Source: Actinomycetes bacterium
GTDB lineage: Bacteria > Actinomycetota > Acidimicrobiia > Acidimicrobiales > GCA-2861595
Reading direction: 5' to 3'
NCBI GenBank assembly: GCA_023264975.1
Contig: JAHFUS010000007.1
Coordinates: 11,948-75,947 of the forward strand
Length of the DNA: 64,000 nucleotides
The notes under the pieces were generated by a model. It was not told the DNA's origin and searched no databases. It worked only from the letters and a program-made list of their open reading frames with translations. A program made the position numbers and the translations under genes. Positions 1 through 7,994 of the stretch are shown piece by piece (the first letter of the stretch is position 1; every line of letters starts with the position of its first letter).

Positions 1-859
1 CGAGGAGGTCGTCGCCGGCCTGGACCTCGACGACGTCTTCGCTCGTGGACAGGTCATTGGCGTTGGCGGCCCTCCCGGCGCCGGCGCCACCGAGGTGGCG
101 GTCGCCCTGGCCGACGTGGTGTCGGCCGATCGGGCCACAGTGCTGGTCGACGTGGACGAGGTCGATCCCGGCGTGGCCCGGCGCCTGCAGCTCAGCTTGT
201 ACCCGCACGTGCTCAGCGCGCTGGACGAGCTGCGCGGAGCCGGCGTCGGTGGCGACGGCGACCCGGCGCAGCCCCTCTCCGCGGCCCTGGCCCGTTCCGC
301 CGACGGTGGCCAGCACCGGCTGGGCTTCGACGTGATCGTGGGCCTGGCCAACCGGCGGGACTGGGGCCTGTTGCGCGGCGACGAGGTGGCATGCCTGGTG
401 GACGAGCTGGGCGCCCACTGGGGCTGCGTCGTCGCCAACCTCGGTCCCCACCTCGAGGATCTGTCCCGCCACGTCGACCGCTTCGGCGCCTCCCGAGCGG
501 TGGTGGCCGCCGCCGAGTACCTGGTGGGGGTGTGCGAGGCCTCCCCCCGAGGACTGTTGCGCTTCTTGGACTGGCTGGCAGATGTCGAGGAGCTGGCGCC
601 CGGGCGCCAGGTGCACGTCGCCGTGAACCGGGCTCAGCGCTCCCCCTACCGCCGGGGCCAGCTGGAGACCCAGTTGTGCGACCTGGCCGGCCCCCATCTG
701 GCATCGGTTACCGTCGTGCCCGACGACGCCGAGGTGCGCCGCGCCTCCTGGGACGGCGTGGTGGTGGCCCGCGGTGGCTTTCGCCGGGCCGTGAAGCAGT
801 TGGCGGCCAACGTCGCTCCGGCGCCGCCCCGTCGGCGCCGGCTCAAGGTGTGGGGCTGA
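1..859 (+). CDS. TadZ/CpaE-like (Ssd-like) ParA/MinD-family pilus assembly protein; 5' end lies outside the window
   Basis: Frame 2 is open from base 2. Deviant Walker-A-like GVGGPPGAGAT without Lys near nt 60-90, as in TadZ-type proteins. Lies directly upstream of the cpaF-like gene, and its stop overlaps that gene's likely GTG start. Confidence 0.7.
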   Translation, partial: EEVVAGLDLDDVFARGQVIGVGGPPGAGATEVAVALADVVSADRATVLVDVDEVDPGVARRLQLSLYPHVLSALDELRGAGVGGDGDPAQPLSAALARSADGGQHRLGFDVIVGLANRRDWGLLRGDEVACLVDELGAHWGCVVANLGPHLEDLSRHVDRFGASRAVVAAAEYLVGVCEASPRGLLRFLDWLADVEELAPGRQVHVAVNRAQRSPYRRGQLETQLCDLAGPHLASVTVVPDDAEVRRASWDGVVVARGGFRRAVKQLAANVAPAPPRRRRLKVWG

Positions 860-2328
860 GGGCGGTGGCCGACCACAACGGGGCGTCGCCGGCCGTCTCC
901 CGCCAGCCCGCGCCCGGCGGCGGGGACGGGCCCGGCGAAGGACGGCCCCCCGGGCGGCGCCTGCGCTCGCATCGGGGTCCGCCCGTCCTGGGCGAGGTCG
1001 CCAACGGGCGGGCGGCGGAGGCCGCCAACGCCGGGCCTGATGCCTTCGAGGAGCTGCGCGCAGAGGTCCTGGCCGCCATCCAGGACCGCCGCCTCGACGC
1101 CACGTCGTCGCCCGCCGTGGATGCCGCCGTGCACGAGCTGATCCAGGGCTATCAGGCGAGGGCCCGCAGCGGTCTGGGGGGCCGGCCCCTGGCTGACCCG
1201 GGACGCATGGTCCACCGCCTGCGCGAGTCGGTCCTCGAGTTCGGCCCCCTCACCCGCTTCATCACCGGGCCGGATGTGGTCGAGGAGGTCCTCATCGTGG
1301 GCGGCGACGTGTTGTACATCGACGGCGAGGGACGTCTGGCCATGCTCGACGAGCCGATCGCCGAGGCCGAGATGCGCACCATCGTCGAGCGCCTGTTGGC
1401 CACCGCCGGTGCCTCGGTGGACGAGTCCAACCCCATGGTCCAGGTCCAGATCCTCGACGGCCAGGCCCGCCTCGGGGTGGTGGTGCCGCCCGTCGCCGAT
1501 CAGCTCAACGCCAGCCTGCGCCGCTATGTGATGCGCCACGAGACGCTCGAACTGCTCATCGCCTGGGACGCCCTCACCCCGCCGGCCGCCAGCCTGATGG
1601 CGGCGTCCACCTACACCCGCACCGGCGTGGTGCTCACCGGCCCGCCCAGCTCGGGCAAGACGAGCCTGGGCAATGCCATCCTGCGCGCCGCCCCCGAGAC
1701 GCTGCGGGTGATCTGCTGTGAGGACACCCCCGAGGTCAACCCCGAGCACCTGAGCCCGTTCCGGTGGCGCACCCGCCGGACCGGCCCGGACGGCGCCTCC
1801 GCCATCACGCTGCGGGACCTGGTGCGCTTCGCCCTCGGCATGCGGGCCGACCTCATCCTGCTCGGTGAGCTGCGCGGGGCCGAAGCGTACGAGCTGACCA
1901 GGGCGGGCAACGCCGGCTGTGGGCTGCTCACCACGCTGCACGCCAACTCGGCCAGGGCCGGGCTCCAGGCCCTCATCTCGACCGCCGTCATGGCCGGCCA
2001 GAACGTGGACGCGGCCCAGGTGCGGTCGGTGTTCACCACCATCATCGACCTCGTCGTGCACCTCGAACGCGAGCCGTTGGCGCTCACTCGTGCCGGGCAG
2101 GGCCGGGTGCGGCGCCAGGTGATGGAGATCGCGGCGGTCCCCCCGCTGCAGGGCTCGGAGTCCGACTTCGCGGTGGAGCCGATCTTCGTGCGCGAGGAGC
2201 TGGGAGCGCCGCTGCGCTGGACCGGAGCCCCCCTTCCCGACGAGCTGCGGACCCGCCTCGACCGGGCGCTGCGGCCCCGGGGCGTGAGCGTGCAGCGCAT
2301 CCTCGAAGGCAAGGACTCGCTGGTATGA
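850..2328 (+). CDS. cpaF: CpaF/TadA-type pilus assembly (secretion) ATPase
   Basis: Walker A LTGPPSSGKTS, Walker B DLILLGELRG, His box TTLHANS. The start is the first in-frame GTG overlapping the tadZ-like stop. The upstream part of the 645-aa track ORF is Arg/Pro-rich shadow sequence. Confidence 0.85.
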   Translation: MGLRAVADHNGASPAVSRQPAPGGGDGPGEGRPPGRRLRSHRGPPVLGEVANGRAAEAANAGPDAFEELRAEVLAAIQDRRLDATSSPAVDAAVHELIQGYQARARSGLGGRPLADPGRMVHRLRESVLEFGPLTRFITGPDVVEEVLIVGGDVLYIDGEGRLAMLDEPIAEAEMRTIVERLLATAGASVDESNPMVQVQILDGQARLGVVVPPVADQLNASLRRYVMRHETLELLIAWDALTPPAASLMAASTYTRTGVVLTGPPSSGKTSLGNAILRAAPETLRVICCEDTPEVNPEHLSPFRWRTRRTGPDGASAITLRDLVRFALGMRADLILLGELRGAEAYELTRAGNAGCGLLTTLHANSARAGLQALISTAVMAGQNVDAAQVRSVFTTIIDLVVHLEREPLALTRAGQGRVRRQVMEIAAVPPLQGSESDFAVEPIFVREELGAPLRWTGAPLPDELRTRLDRALRPRGVSVQRILEGKDSLV

Positions 2329-3212
2329 GGTTGGCGGCCGCCCTGGCCGGTGGGGTCTTCGCCTACCTCCTGGTCGGGGTGCTCACCGGCCACGCCCCTC
2401 GCAGTCTCGTGCGGTCTTCGGGCCGAACGCGAAGCCGATCGGGCCTGGCCGACCGGCTGCACCAGGCGGACGTGGCGGTGACGGTTGGTCAGTTCGTGGC
2501 CATGTCGGCGGGCGCAGGCGCCGTCACCTTCCTGGTGGTGTGGGTGCTGAGCGGGGCCCTGCCGGTGGCGGCGGTCCCCGCCCTGGCCGTCGCCTGCCTG
2601 CCTCGGGCGTGGGTGACCCGACAAGGCGAGCGCCAGGCAGGACTGCGGGTGGGGGCCTGGCCCGACGCCCTGCGCGACCTGGTGGCCCACCTGGAGGCTC
2701 CGATGTCGCTGCACCGGGGCCTGGTGGAGCTGGGGCGCAGCGGCCCGGCGCCGCTGCGCCCGGCGTGGCGGCGCTACGAGGCCTTGACCACCGCCCTCGA
2801 CTACCGCGCCGCCCTGGAGTCGGTGCGATCGGAGCTGGCCGACCCGGTGAGCGACCGGATCATCGCGGTGCTGGCGGTGGCGCACGAGCAGGGTGCCGGC
2901 GTGGTCATGGACGTGCTGCGCGATCTGGCCGACGCCACCGCCAAGGATCTCCGCCTGAACGACGAGATCGACACGGCACAGCTGGAGCGGCGCATCGAGG
3001 CCCGTGCCGCGGTGGTGTTGCCCTTCGCCGTGCTGGTCTTGTTGTGCTCGACGTCGGGCCCCTACCGGGACTTCTACTCCTCGGGCGGTGGCCTGGTGGT
3101 CATCGTGGTCGGCTCGGTCATGGCCCTCGGCGGTATGGCCCTCATCGCCCGCCTGGGCCGGCTCCCCGCCGAGGCCCGGGTGCTTGCCGCGCCGGGCGGG
3201 CGGGAGCGCTGA
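2325..3212 (+). CDS. tadB: TadB-like type II secretion system F-family membrane protein
   Basis: ATGA overlap with the cpaF stop. 295 aa with hydrophobic segments at the N-terminus, middle and C-terminus. Position in the tad operon. Confidence 0.75.
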   Translation: MRLAAALAGGVFAYLLVGVLTGHAPRSLVRSSGRTRSRSGLADRLHQADVAVTVGQFVAMSAGAGAVTFLVVWVLSGALPVAAVPALAVACLPRAWVTRQGERQAGLRVGAWPDALRDLVAHLEAPMSLHRGLVELGRSGPAPLRPAWRRYEALTTALDYRAALESVRSELADPVSDRIIAVLAVAHEQGAGVVMDVLRDLADATAKDLRLNDEIDTAQLERRIEARAAVVLPFAVLVLLCSTSGPYRDFYSSGGGLVVIVVGSVMALGGMALIARLGRLPAEARVLAAPGGRER

Positions 3213-3214
3213 GC

Positions 3215-4153
3215 ATGGGCGACCCCCGGGTGGTCCTCGCAGCGATGTGCGCGGCGGTGGCGACCGCCACCGCCGTCGGCCTGGTCGTGCGGCCGCCGCG
3301 CCGTGTGGCTGTGCGGGTCCGTCCGTATGCCCAGCTGAGCCGCTCCCGCCTCGGCACCGGCTTGGCCGACGCCTCCGTGCTGGCGTCGTATGGCCGGCCG
3401 GGCGGAGCCGTGGGTGCCGTCTTCGGCCCGATCGGGCGGCGCCTGGCCGAGGTCCTCGGGCGCATGGTCGACGTTGGCGACCGCTCCAGCGTGGAGATGC
3501 GCCTGCGCCAGGCCGGCTTCGTCGACACCTCGGCCGAGCAGTACCGGATGCGCCAGCTCACCTGGACCGTAGGCGGCCTGGCCGTGGGGACTGCGCTCGG
3601 GATCGTGCTCGGCGTCTCGGCCGCCACCGTGCTGGTCATGGCCGCCCTCTCGGGCTACTTCGGCGCCACCCGCTGGCGGGCCAGGGTGGACGGGGTCATC
3701 CGCACCCGCCGGGAGGCCATGCGGACCGAGCTGTACACGGTCGCCCAGCTGTTGGCCGTCTACAGCCGCACCGGACACGGCCCGGTGGAGGCCGTGCGCG
3801 AGGTCGCCGGCCGCGGGCTTGGCCCCGTGGCCGCCGAGCTGCGCGACGCCCTGGCCTGGATCGGCGGCGGGACGGTGCCCCAGGCGGCCTACGAGCGCCT
3901 GGCCGAGTCGACCCCCGAGCCCCTGGCCGCCCGCCTCTACCGCCTCCTCGGGTCGGCCGCGACCTCGGGCGGGGATGTGGCCCACGCCCTGCTGGCCTTG
4001 AGCGACGACGTACGGGGCGAGCGGCGCGAGGAGGTGGCCCGCTCCGCCATCCGCCGGCGCAGCGCCATGTTGGTGCCCCTCCTCGTGCTCATCGCCCCAA
4101 CCATGTTGTTGTTCGTCGCCGCCGCCCTCCCGCACGTGATCTTCGGAACCTGA
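3215..4153 (+). CDS. tadC: TadC-like type II secretion system F-family membrane protein
   Basis: ATG lies 2 nt after the tadB stop. N-terminal TM segment (VVLAAMCAAVATATAVGLVV) and C-terminal TM segment (LVPLLVLIAPTMLLFVAAAL). Operon position. Confidence 0.75.
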   Translation: MGDPRVVLAAMCAAVATATAVGLVVRPPRRVAVRVRPYAQLSRSRLGTGLADASVLASYGRPGGAVGAVFGPIGRRLAEVLGRMVDVGDRSSVEMRLRQAGFVDTSAEQYRMRQLTWTVGGLAVGTALGIVLGVSAATVLVMAALSGYFGATRWRARVDGVIRTRREAMRTELYTVAQLLAVYSRTGHGPVEAVREVAGRGLGPVAAELRDALAWIGGGTVPQAAYERLAESTPEPLAARLYRLLGSAATSGGDVAHALLALSDDVRGERREEVARSAIRRRSAMLVPLLVLIAPTMLLFVAAALPHVIFGT

Positions 4154-4184
4154 CCGCAGCAAGAAGGACAAGGAGGAACCAACG

Positions 4185-4397
4185 ATGCACGCCGTCGTCA
4201 TGTTGTGGGCACGCCTCGCCGCTGCCCACCACGCCCGCTTCGCCGAGGCCGACCTCGACGCCGAGTCCGGCCAGGCCGTGAACGAGTGGCTGGGTCTGTC
4301 GGCCCTCGCCATCGTGGCCATCGTGGCCATCGGGGCCGCCCTCAAGCTGTTGGGCCTCGACCTCGTCGACTGGATCCGCGTCCAGCTGGGCGTGTGA
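4185..4397 (+). CDS. Flp-like pilin (70 aa) with an atypical processing motif
   Basis: Strong SD (AAGGAGGA) 6 nt upstream of the ATG. Charged leader, then G/QAVNEW followed by the hydrophobic helix LGLSALAIVAIVAIGAALKLLGL, which resembles the Flp G/XXXXEY + helix architecture. Position after tadC. Confidence 0.6.
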   Translation: MHAVVMLWARLAAAHHARFAEADLDAESGQAVNEWLGLSALAIVAIVAIGAALKLLGLDLVDWIRVQLGV

Positions 4398-4834
4398 GCA
4401 TCGAGGGACCGCCGGTGCACGGTCCGGGCCTGCGTGTCGCTCCCAGCCCGGCCCCGCCTCGACTGCGAGGCGAGGTGGGTTCGAGCGCGCCCGCTTACAT
4501 CGTCGCCGTCGGGCTGTCCCTCATGTTCTTCGTCCTGCTCGTGCAGTTCGTGGCATGGCAGTACGGCCGCGGCGTCGTCCGCTCCGCACTGGACGAGGGG
4601 GCGCGCAGCGGAGCGCCGGCCGAGGCCGGCCCCGGCGTCTGCGAGGCCCGGGCCCGGGACGTGCTGGGCGACCTTCTGGGCGGCGCCATGGGTGATGGGA
4701 TCTCGGTTCGCTGCATCGAGACGGCTACCGAGGTCGTGGCCGAGGCCAGGGTGCGCTTCAGGGCCTGGATGGCGCCCAGCCCCGACTGGACGTTCCGGGT
4801 GGCGGCCACCGCCCGCAAGGAGACGCTGCCGTGA
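4394..4834 (+). CDS. TadE-like pseudopilin; start uncertain (GTG at 4394, 4415 or about 4472)
   Basis: N-terminal hydrophobic segment APAYIVAVGLSLMFFVLLVQFVAW, typical of TadE-family proteins. GTGA overlap with the flp-like stop if the 4394 start is used. Confidence 0.6.
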   Translation: MSIEGPPVHGPGLRVAPSPAPPRLRGEVGSSAPAYIVAVGLSLMFFVLLVQFVAWQYGRGVVRSALDEGARSGAPAEAGPGVCEARARDVLGDLLGGAMGDGISVRCIETATEVVAEARVRFRAWMAPSPDWTFRVAATARKETLP

Positions 4835-5241
4835 CCGGGAGGGAGCGGGGATCGGTCGCCGTCGAGCTCCCTTTGGCCCTCGGACTGTTGCTCCTGCCGC
4901 TGGCGCTATTCGTCATCACCGTGCCGGCGTGGCCGGAGCGCCAGACCGTGGCCCGGGCCGCCGCCATCGAGGCGTCCCGCTCCGCCGTGCTGGCCGGCTC
5001 GTGGGAGCAGGGCGTCGAGGAGGGTGAGGCCGCCGTGCGTCGTGCCGCGCGGAACCAGGGGCTCGACCCGAGCGACATCTCGGTCTCATGGGCGGGCTCG
5101 TTCAGCCGCGGCGGCAGTGTGACCGCCAGCGTCACCGTGCGGATGCCGGCCCTGGTGATCCCGGGCCTCACCACCGTCGAACCGTGGTCGTGGACCGCCG
5201 ACCATACGGAACGAGTCGACGACTACAGGAGCATTCCGTGA
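4831..5241 (+). CDS. TadE/TadF-like pseudopilin
   Basis: N-terminus ERGSVAVELPLALGLLLLPLALFVI matches the TadE-like motif (G-S-x-x-V-E + TM). GTGA overlap with the upstream gene. Confidence 0.7.
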   Translation: MTGRERGSVAVELPLALGLLLLPLALFVITVPAWPERQTVARAAAIEASRSAVLAGSWEQGVEEGEAAVRRAARNQGLDPSDISVSWAGSFSRGGSVTASVTVRMPALVIPGLTTVEPWSWTADHTERVDDYRSIP

Positions 5242-5663
5242 TCCGGCACCGGTCTGAGCATGGGTCCATAACCCTGTGGGTGCTGGGGCTGTGCATGATG
5301 ATGCTCTTTCTCGGCGGCATCTCGCTCGACTTGTGGCGGGCCTTCTCCGAGCGCCGGGCTCTCGCTGGCGTCGTCGACGCGGCGGCGGTGGCGGGCTCGA
5401 ATGGCATCGACGCCGACTACTTCCGCCGCACAAGCCAGCTCCGGCTTGACCGGGCGTTGGCCGAGCAACTGGCGACTGACAACCTGGCGGCGCAGAGTGA
5501 CACACGGTCGCTGGTGAGCGCCGACGTGGCCGCCACCACCACTGAGGTCACGGTGAGGGCGACTGGCAGGGTGAACTTCACCCTGCTGAGCATCTTCATG
5601 GCAGGGGAGAAGCCGTTCACCGTGAGCGTCGAGGCCACCGCCGATCCGAGGCGCTCGCCATGA
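5238..5663 (+). CDS. TadG-like (Tad N-terminal domain) pilus assembly protein
   Basis: GTG at 5238 overlaps the upstream stop. GSITLWVLGLCMMMLFLGGISLDLWRAF...VVDAAAVAGS resembles the TadE/G-like N-terminal domain. Confidence 0.65.
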   Translation: MIRHRSEHGSITLWVLGLCMMMLFLGGISLDLWRAFSERRALAGVVDAAAVAGSNGIDADYFRRTSQLRLDRALAEQLATDNLAAQSDTRSLVSADVAATTTEVTVRATGRVNFTLLSIFMAGEKPFTVSVEATADPRRSP

Positions 5664-6256
5664 GACACCGGACGCGAGCCCTTGGCGCCGCTCTGGCTGC
5701 CGCGACCGTCCTCGTTGGCGCCGGCTGCAAGGACAGTGGTGGCGGAGTCGCGGCGACCGCGACCACCACCACGGTGACAACCAGCGATCGGTCGACGACG
5801 ACGCTCGGCGCCACGAGCACGACGGGAACCCCGGCCCCGGTGCCGGACCCGGCGACACGGGGCGAAGACTTCGACCGTGTCTTCCGGGAGATCCTGGGCT
5901 TCGAGACCTGGGTCTTCGAGCATCCGGACGTGAAGGAGCTGGACATCATCTACACCGGCGACGCGAACATCCGTCCCAAGGTCCAAGGATTTCTCCAGAA
6001 CCTTGTCGACAAGGGCTGGCACTACGACGACGAGGGGCCGGTCGTCCATTCCGTCGCCGTCGAGCGGAGGATCGACCCGTTGAACGTGCTGCTGAAAGTC
6101 GAGACGAGTCACGGGCCGCAGCGAGTGCTGGACGGAGGCGGGAAGCTGGTGGAGCAGAGCGCCGGCTGGCCTCGTAGACGGGAGCAGTACCTCCTCAAGC
6201 AGGGGGACGACGGCCGTTGGCGGATCCAGAACTACGCCAACAACGGGGCGGTGTAG
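5660..6256 (+). CDS. Lipoprotein, function unknown
   Basis: ATGA overlap with the upstream gene. Signal peptide with lipobox LVGAGC, then a Thr-rich linker and a globular C-terminal domain. Confidence 0.65.
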   Translation: MRHRTRALGAALAAATVLVGAGCKDSGGGVAATATTTTVTTSDRSTTTLGATSTTGTPAPVPDPATRGEDFDRVFREILGFETWVFEHPDVKELDIIYTGDANIRPKVQGFLQNLVDKGWHYDDEGPVVHSVAVERRIDPLNVLLKVETSHGPQRVLDGGGKLVEQSAGWPRRREQYLLKQGDDGRWRIQNYANNGAV

Positions 6257-6259
6257 CCG

Positions 6260-7087
6260 ATGGCCATTGGTCTCCGCTCCCCGCGCTGCCGGCTCCTGGT
6301 GGTCCTGTTTGCCGGTGCCGTCGTCGGCGCCCACACCGTTCCGGCCGCCGCCGGGCCTGACCACAGCGCCGGGCTCGACCAGGCCGGCGCGGGCGGCTCC
6401 ATCGGCCTGACCGAGGACGGCCCGATCAGCAGACCGGTGGCGACGGAGACCGGGAGCAATCCGGCTCGGCCTCGCTACCTGATCGTGAACGCAGGCAACT
6501 GCCTGCTGGACGAGATCAGGCATGCGGACGGAACGCGGACCCCGGTGTGGGGCACGACATGGCTGACCGTCCTTGCTGACGAGAATGCCGACGGCACCAG
6601 CACCGTGGTCGAGGCCGTGTGCGCCAAGGAGCCCCCGCCGCCACCGCCCCCTCCCCCGACGCCGACGGAGATCTGGCAGTTCGTCCCCCTGACCAAGTCC
6701 GAGCTCGGGATCGACCCGAAGGGTGACGGGCTCACCGGGCTCGACACGTTGCTCTGGCACGAAGGGGGCAGCGCTGGGGTGTCCGTGACGCCGACTCTGC
6801 GTGGCTACGGGCTTGTGGTCAATGCACGGCCTGTCCTCTACAAGTGGGCGATGGGTGACCAGCCGCAGACCGTGTATTCGAGCCGGGTCTCCGGCAGCGA
6901 GCAGCACCCGGCGGCCCGGCACGATTTCCGCACGAAGGGCGACTACACGGTGACCATGCAGGTCGTGTGGGAGGGGTCCTACACCTTCAGCGGGTTCGGC
7001 GTCTCCAACACCGGCTCGCTCGGCAGCGTCACGGTGACCCGCACCCGCTCGTACCACGTGGTCGAGGTCCGAGGAGTCCGCCAGTGA
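6260..7087 (+). CDS. Secreted protein with an internal poly-Pro linker, function unknown
   Basis: Signal-peptide-like N-terminus (LLVVLFAGAVVGAHTVPAAA). A PPPPPPPPPTPTE tract. Begins 3 nt after the upstream stop. Confidence 0.6.
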   Translation: MAIGLRSPRCRLLVVLFAGAVVGAHTVPAAAGPDHSAGLDQAGAGGSIGLTEDGPISRPVATETGSNPARPRYLIVNAGNCLLDEIRHADGTRTPVWGTTWLTVLADENADGTSTVVEAVCAKEPPPPPPPPPTPTEIWQFVPLTKSELGIDPKGDGLTGLDTLLWHEGGSAGVSVTPTLRGYGLVVNARPVLYKWAMGDQPQTVYSSRVSGSEQHPAARHDFRTKGDYTVTMQVVWEGSYTFSGFGVSNTGSLGSVTVTRTRSYHVVEVRGVRQ

Positions 7088-7683
7088 CCGACCTTCTCCA
7101 GGTCGAGGTCGACGGAGAGATCGACGACGAGAGGAGTTCCGGTCTTCATGGCGGCCCGCCCCGGTGGGGATTCCCGGTCGCCCTCGCTGTGGCGGGGATG
7201 CTGTTGCTGGGCGTGCTGGTAGTCGTTGTCCTGCCAGCGGTGACCGGTGGCTCGGCGGCAACACCAGGAGCGACCGCTGTCACTCGCAGTCGAGCCACAC
7301 CCGGGAACACGGTCCCCGTGGCCAAGGAGGATCCGCGGATCGCTGCCGCGAGGGAGGCGCTGAACGCCTGGGGCGAGTTCGCTCTCACGGGGAGCCTCGA
7401 CGTCCTTGTCGGGCGGCTCGCCCCGGATGGCCCCCAGTATCGGCTCCTCGCGGACGAAGCCAAGCGGCTCTCGGAGCAACCGATGGTGGGGCCGGTGTAC
7501 GCCATCACGATGGAGGCTGCGACCGTGACTGGCAGCGGGTCAACGGAGACGGTCATCGCCGCCACCGTCAGGTGGAGCCGATCCGGGGAGGTTGGACAGA
7601 GCTACCGCTGGGAGCTCGTACTGCGGCCGGACGATCACGGCCGCTGGTTCCTCTGGACCGTGCGGGACAGGTCCACTGCCTGA
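7084..7683 (+). CDS. Membrane-anchored protein, function unknown
   Basis: GTGA overlap with the upstream stop. Single TM segment (FPVALAVAGMLLLGVLVVVVLPAV) followed by a roughly 150-aa extracytoplasmic domain. Confidence 0.55.
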   Translation: MTDLLQVEVDGEIDDERSSGLHGGPPRWGFPVALAVAGMLLLGVLVVVVLPAVTGGSAATPGATAVTRSRATPGNTVPVAKEDPRIAAAREALNAWGEFALTGSLDVLVGRLAPDGPQYRLLADEAKRLSEQPMVGPVYAITMEAATVTGSGSTETVIAATVRWSRSGEVGQSYRWELVLRPDDHGRWFLWTVRDRSTA

Positions 7684-7994
7684 GCGGCGCTTCGACCGTA
7701 CGTGGGCCTGGACCCTCGGTCATCGATGCCTCCGTCATACTCGTCGACGAGACCGCTCGCGAGCTGAGCGCTGTTCGGCGCTCCGGCCCGACGAAGTGCA
7801 GCGTTATGGAGCGGGCGTTATCGAGCGGTCGCCGGGCGCACGTGCCGGTTCCCGGGCGGGCGGGCGGGTGTAGGGCTCGCATCACGGTCCGACGCCGAGA
7901 AGGGCCTTTCGGGCACGAACGTCGACGCCAAGACCGTCGTTGTCACACCCGCACGCGAAAATGCAGCGTACCGACACGATCGCGAGGTGGTTTG

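Noticed and set aside
1-7683. Possibility that the tad pilus locus belongs to the ICE
   Set aside because: It is separated from the conjugation genes by the low-GC islet and the tRNA-like remnant, and has flank-like high GC. There is no evidence either way for its mobility from this window alone.
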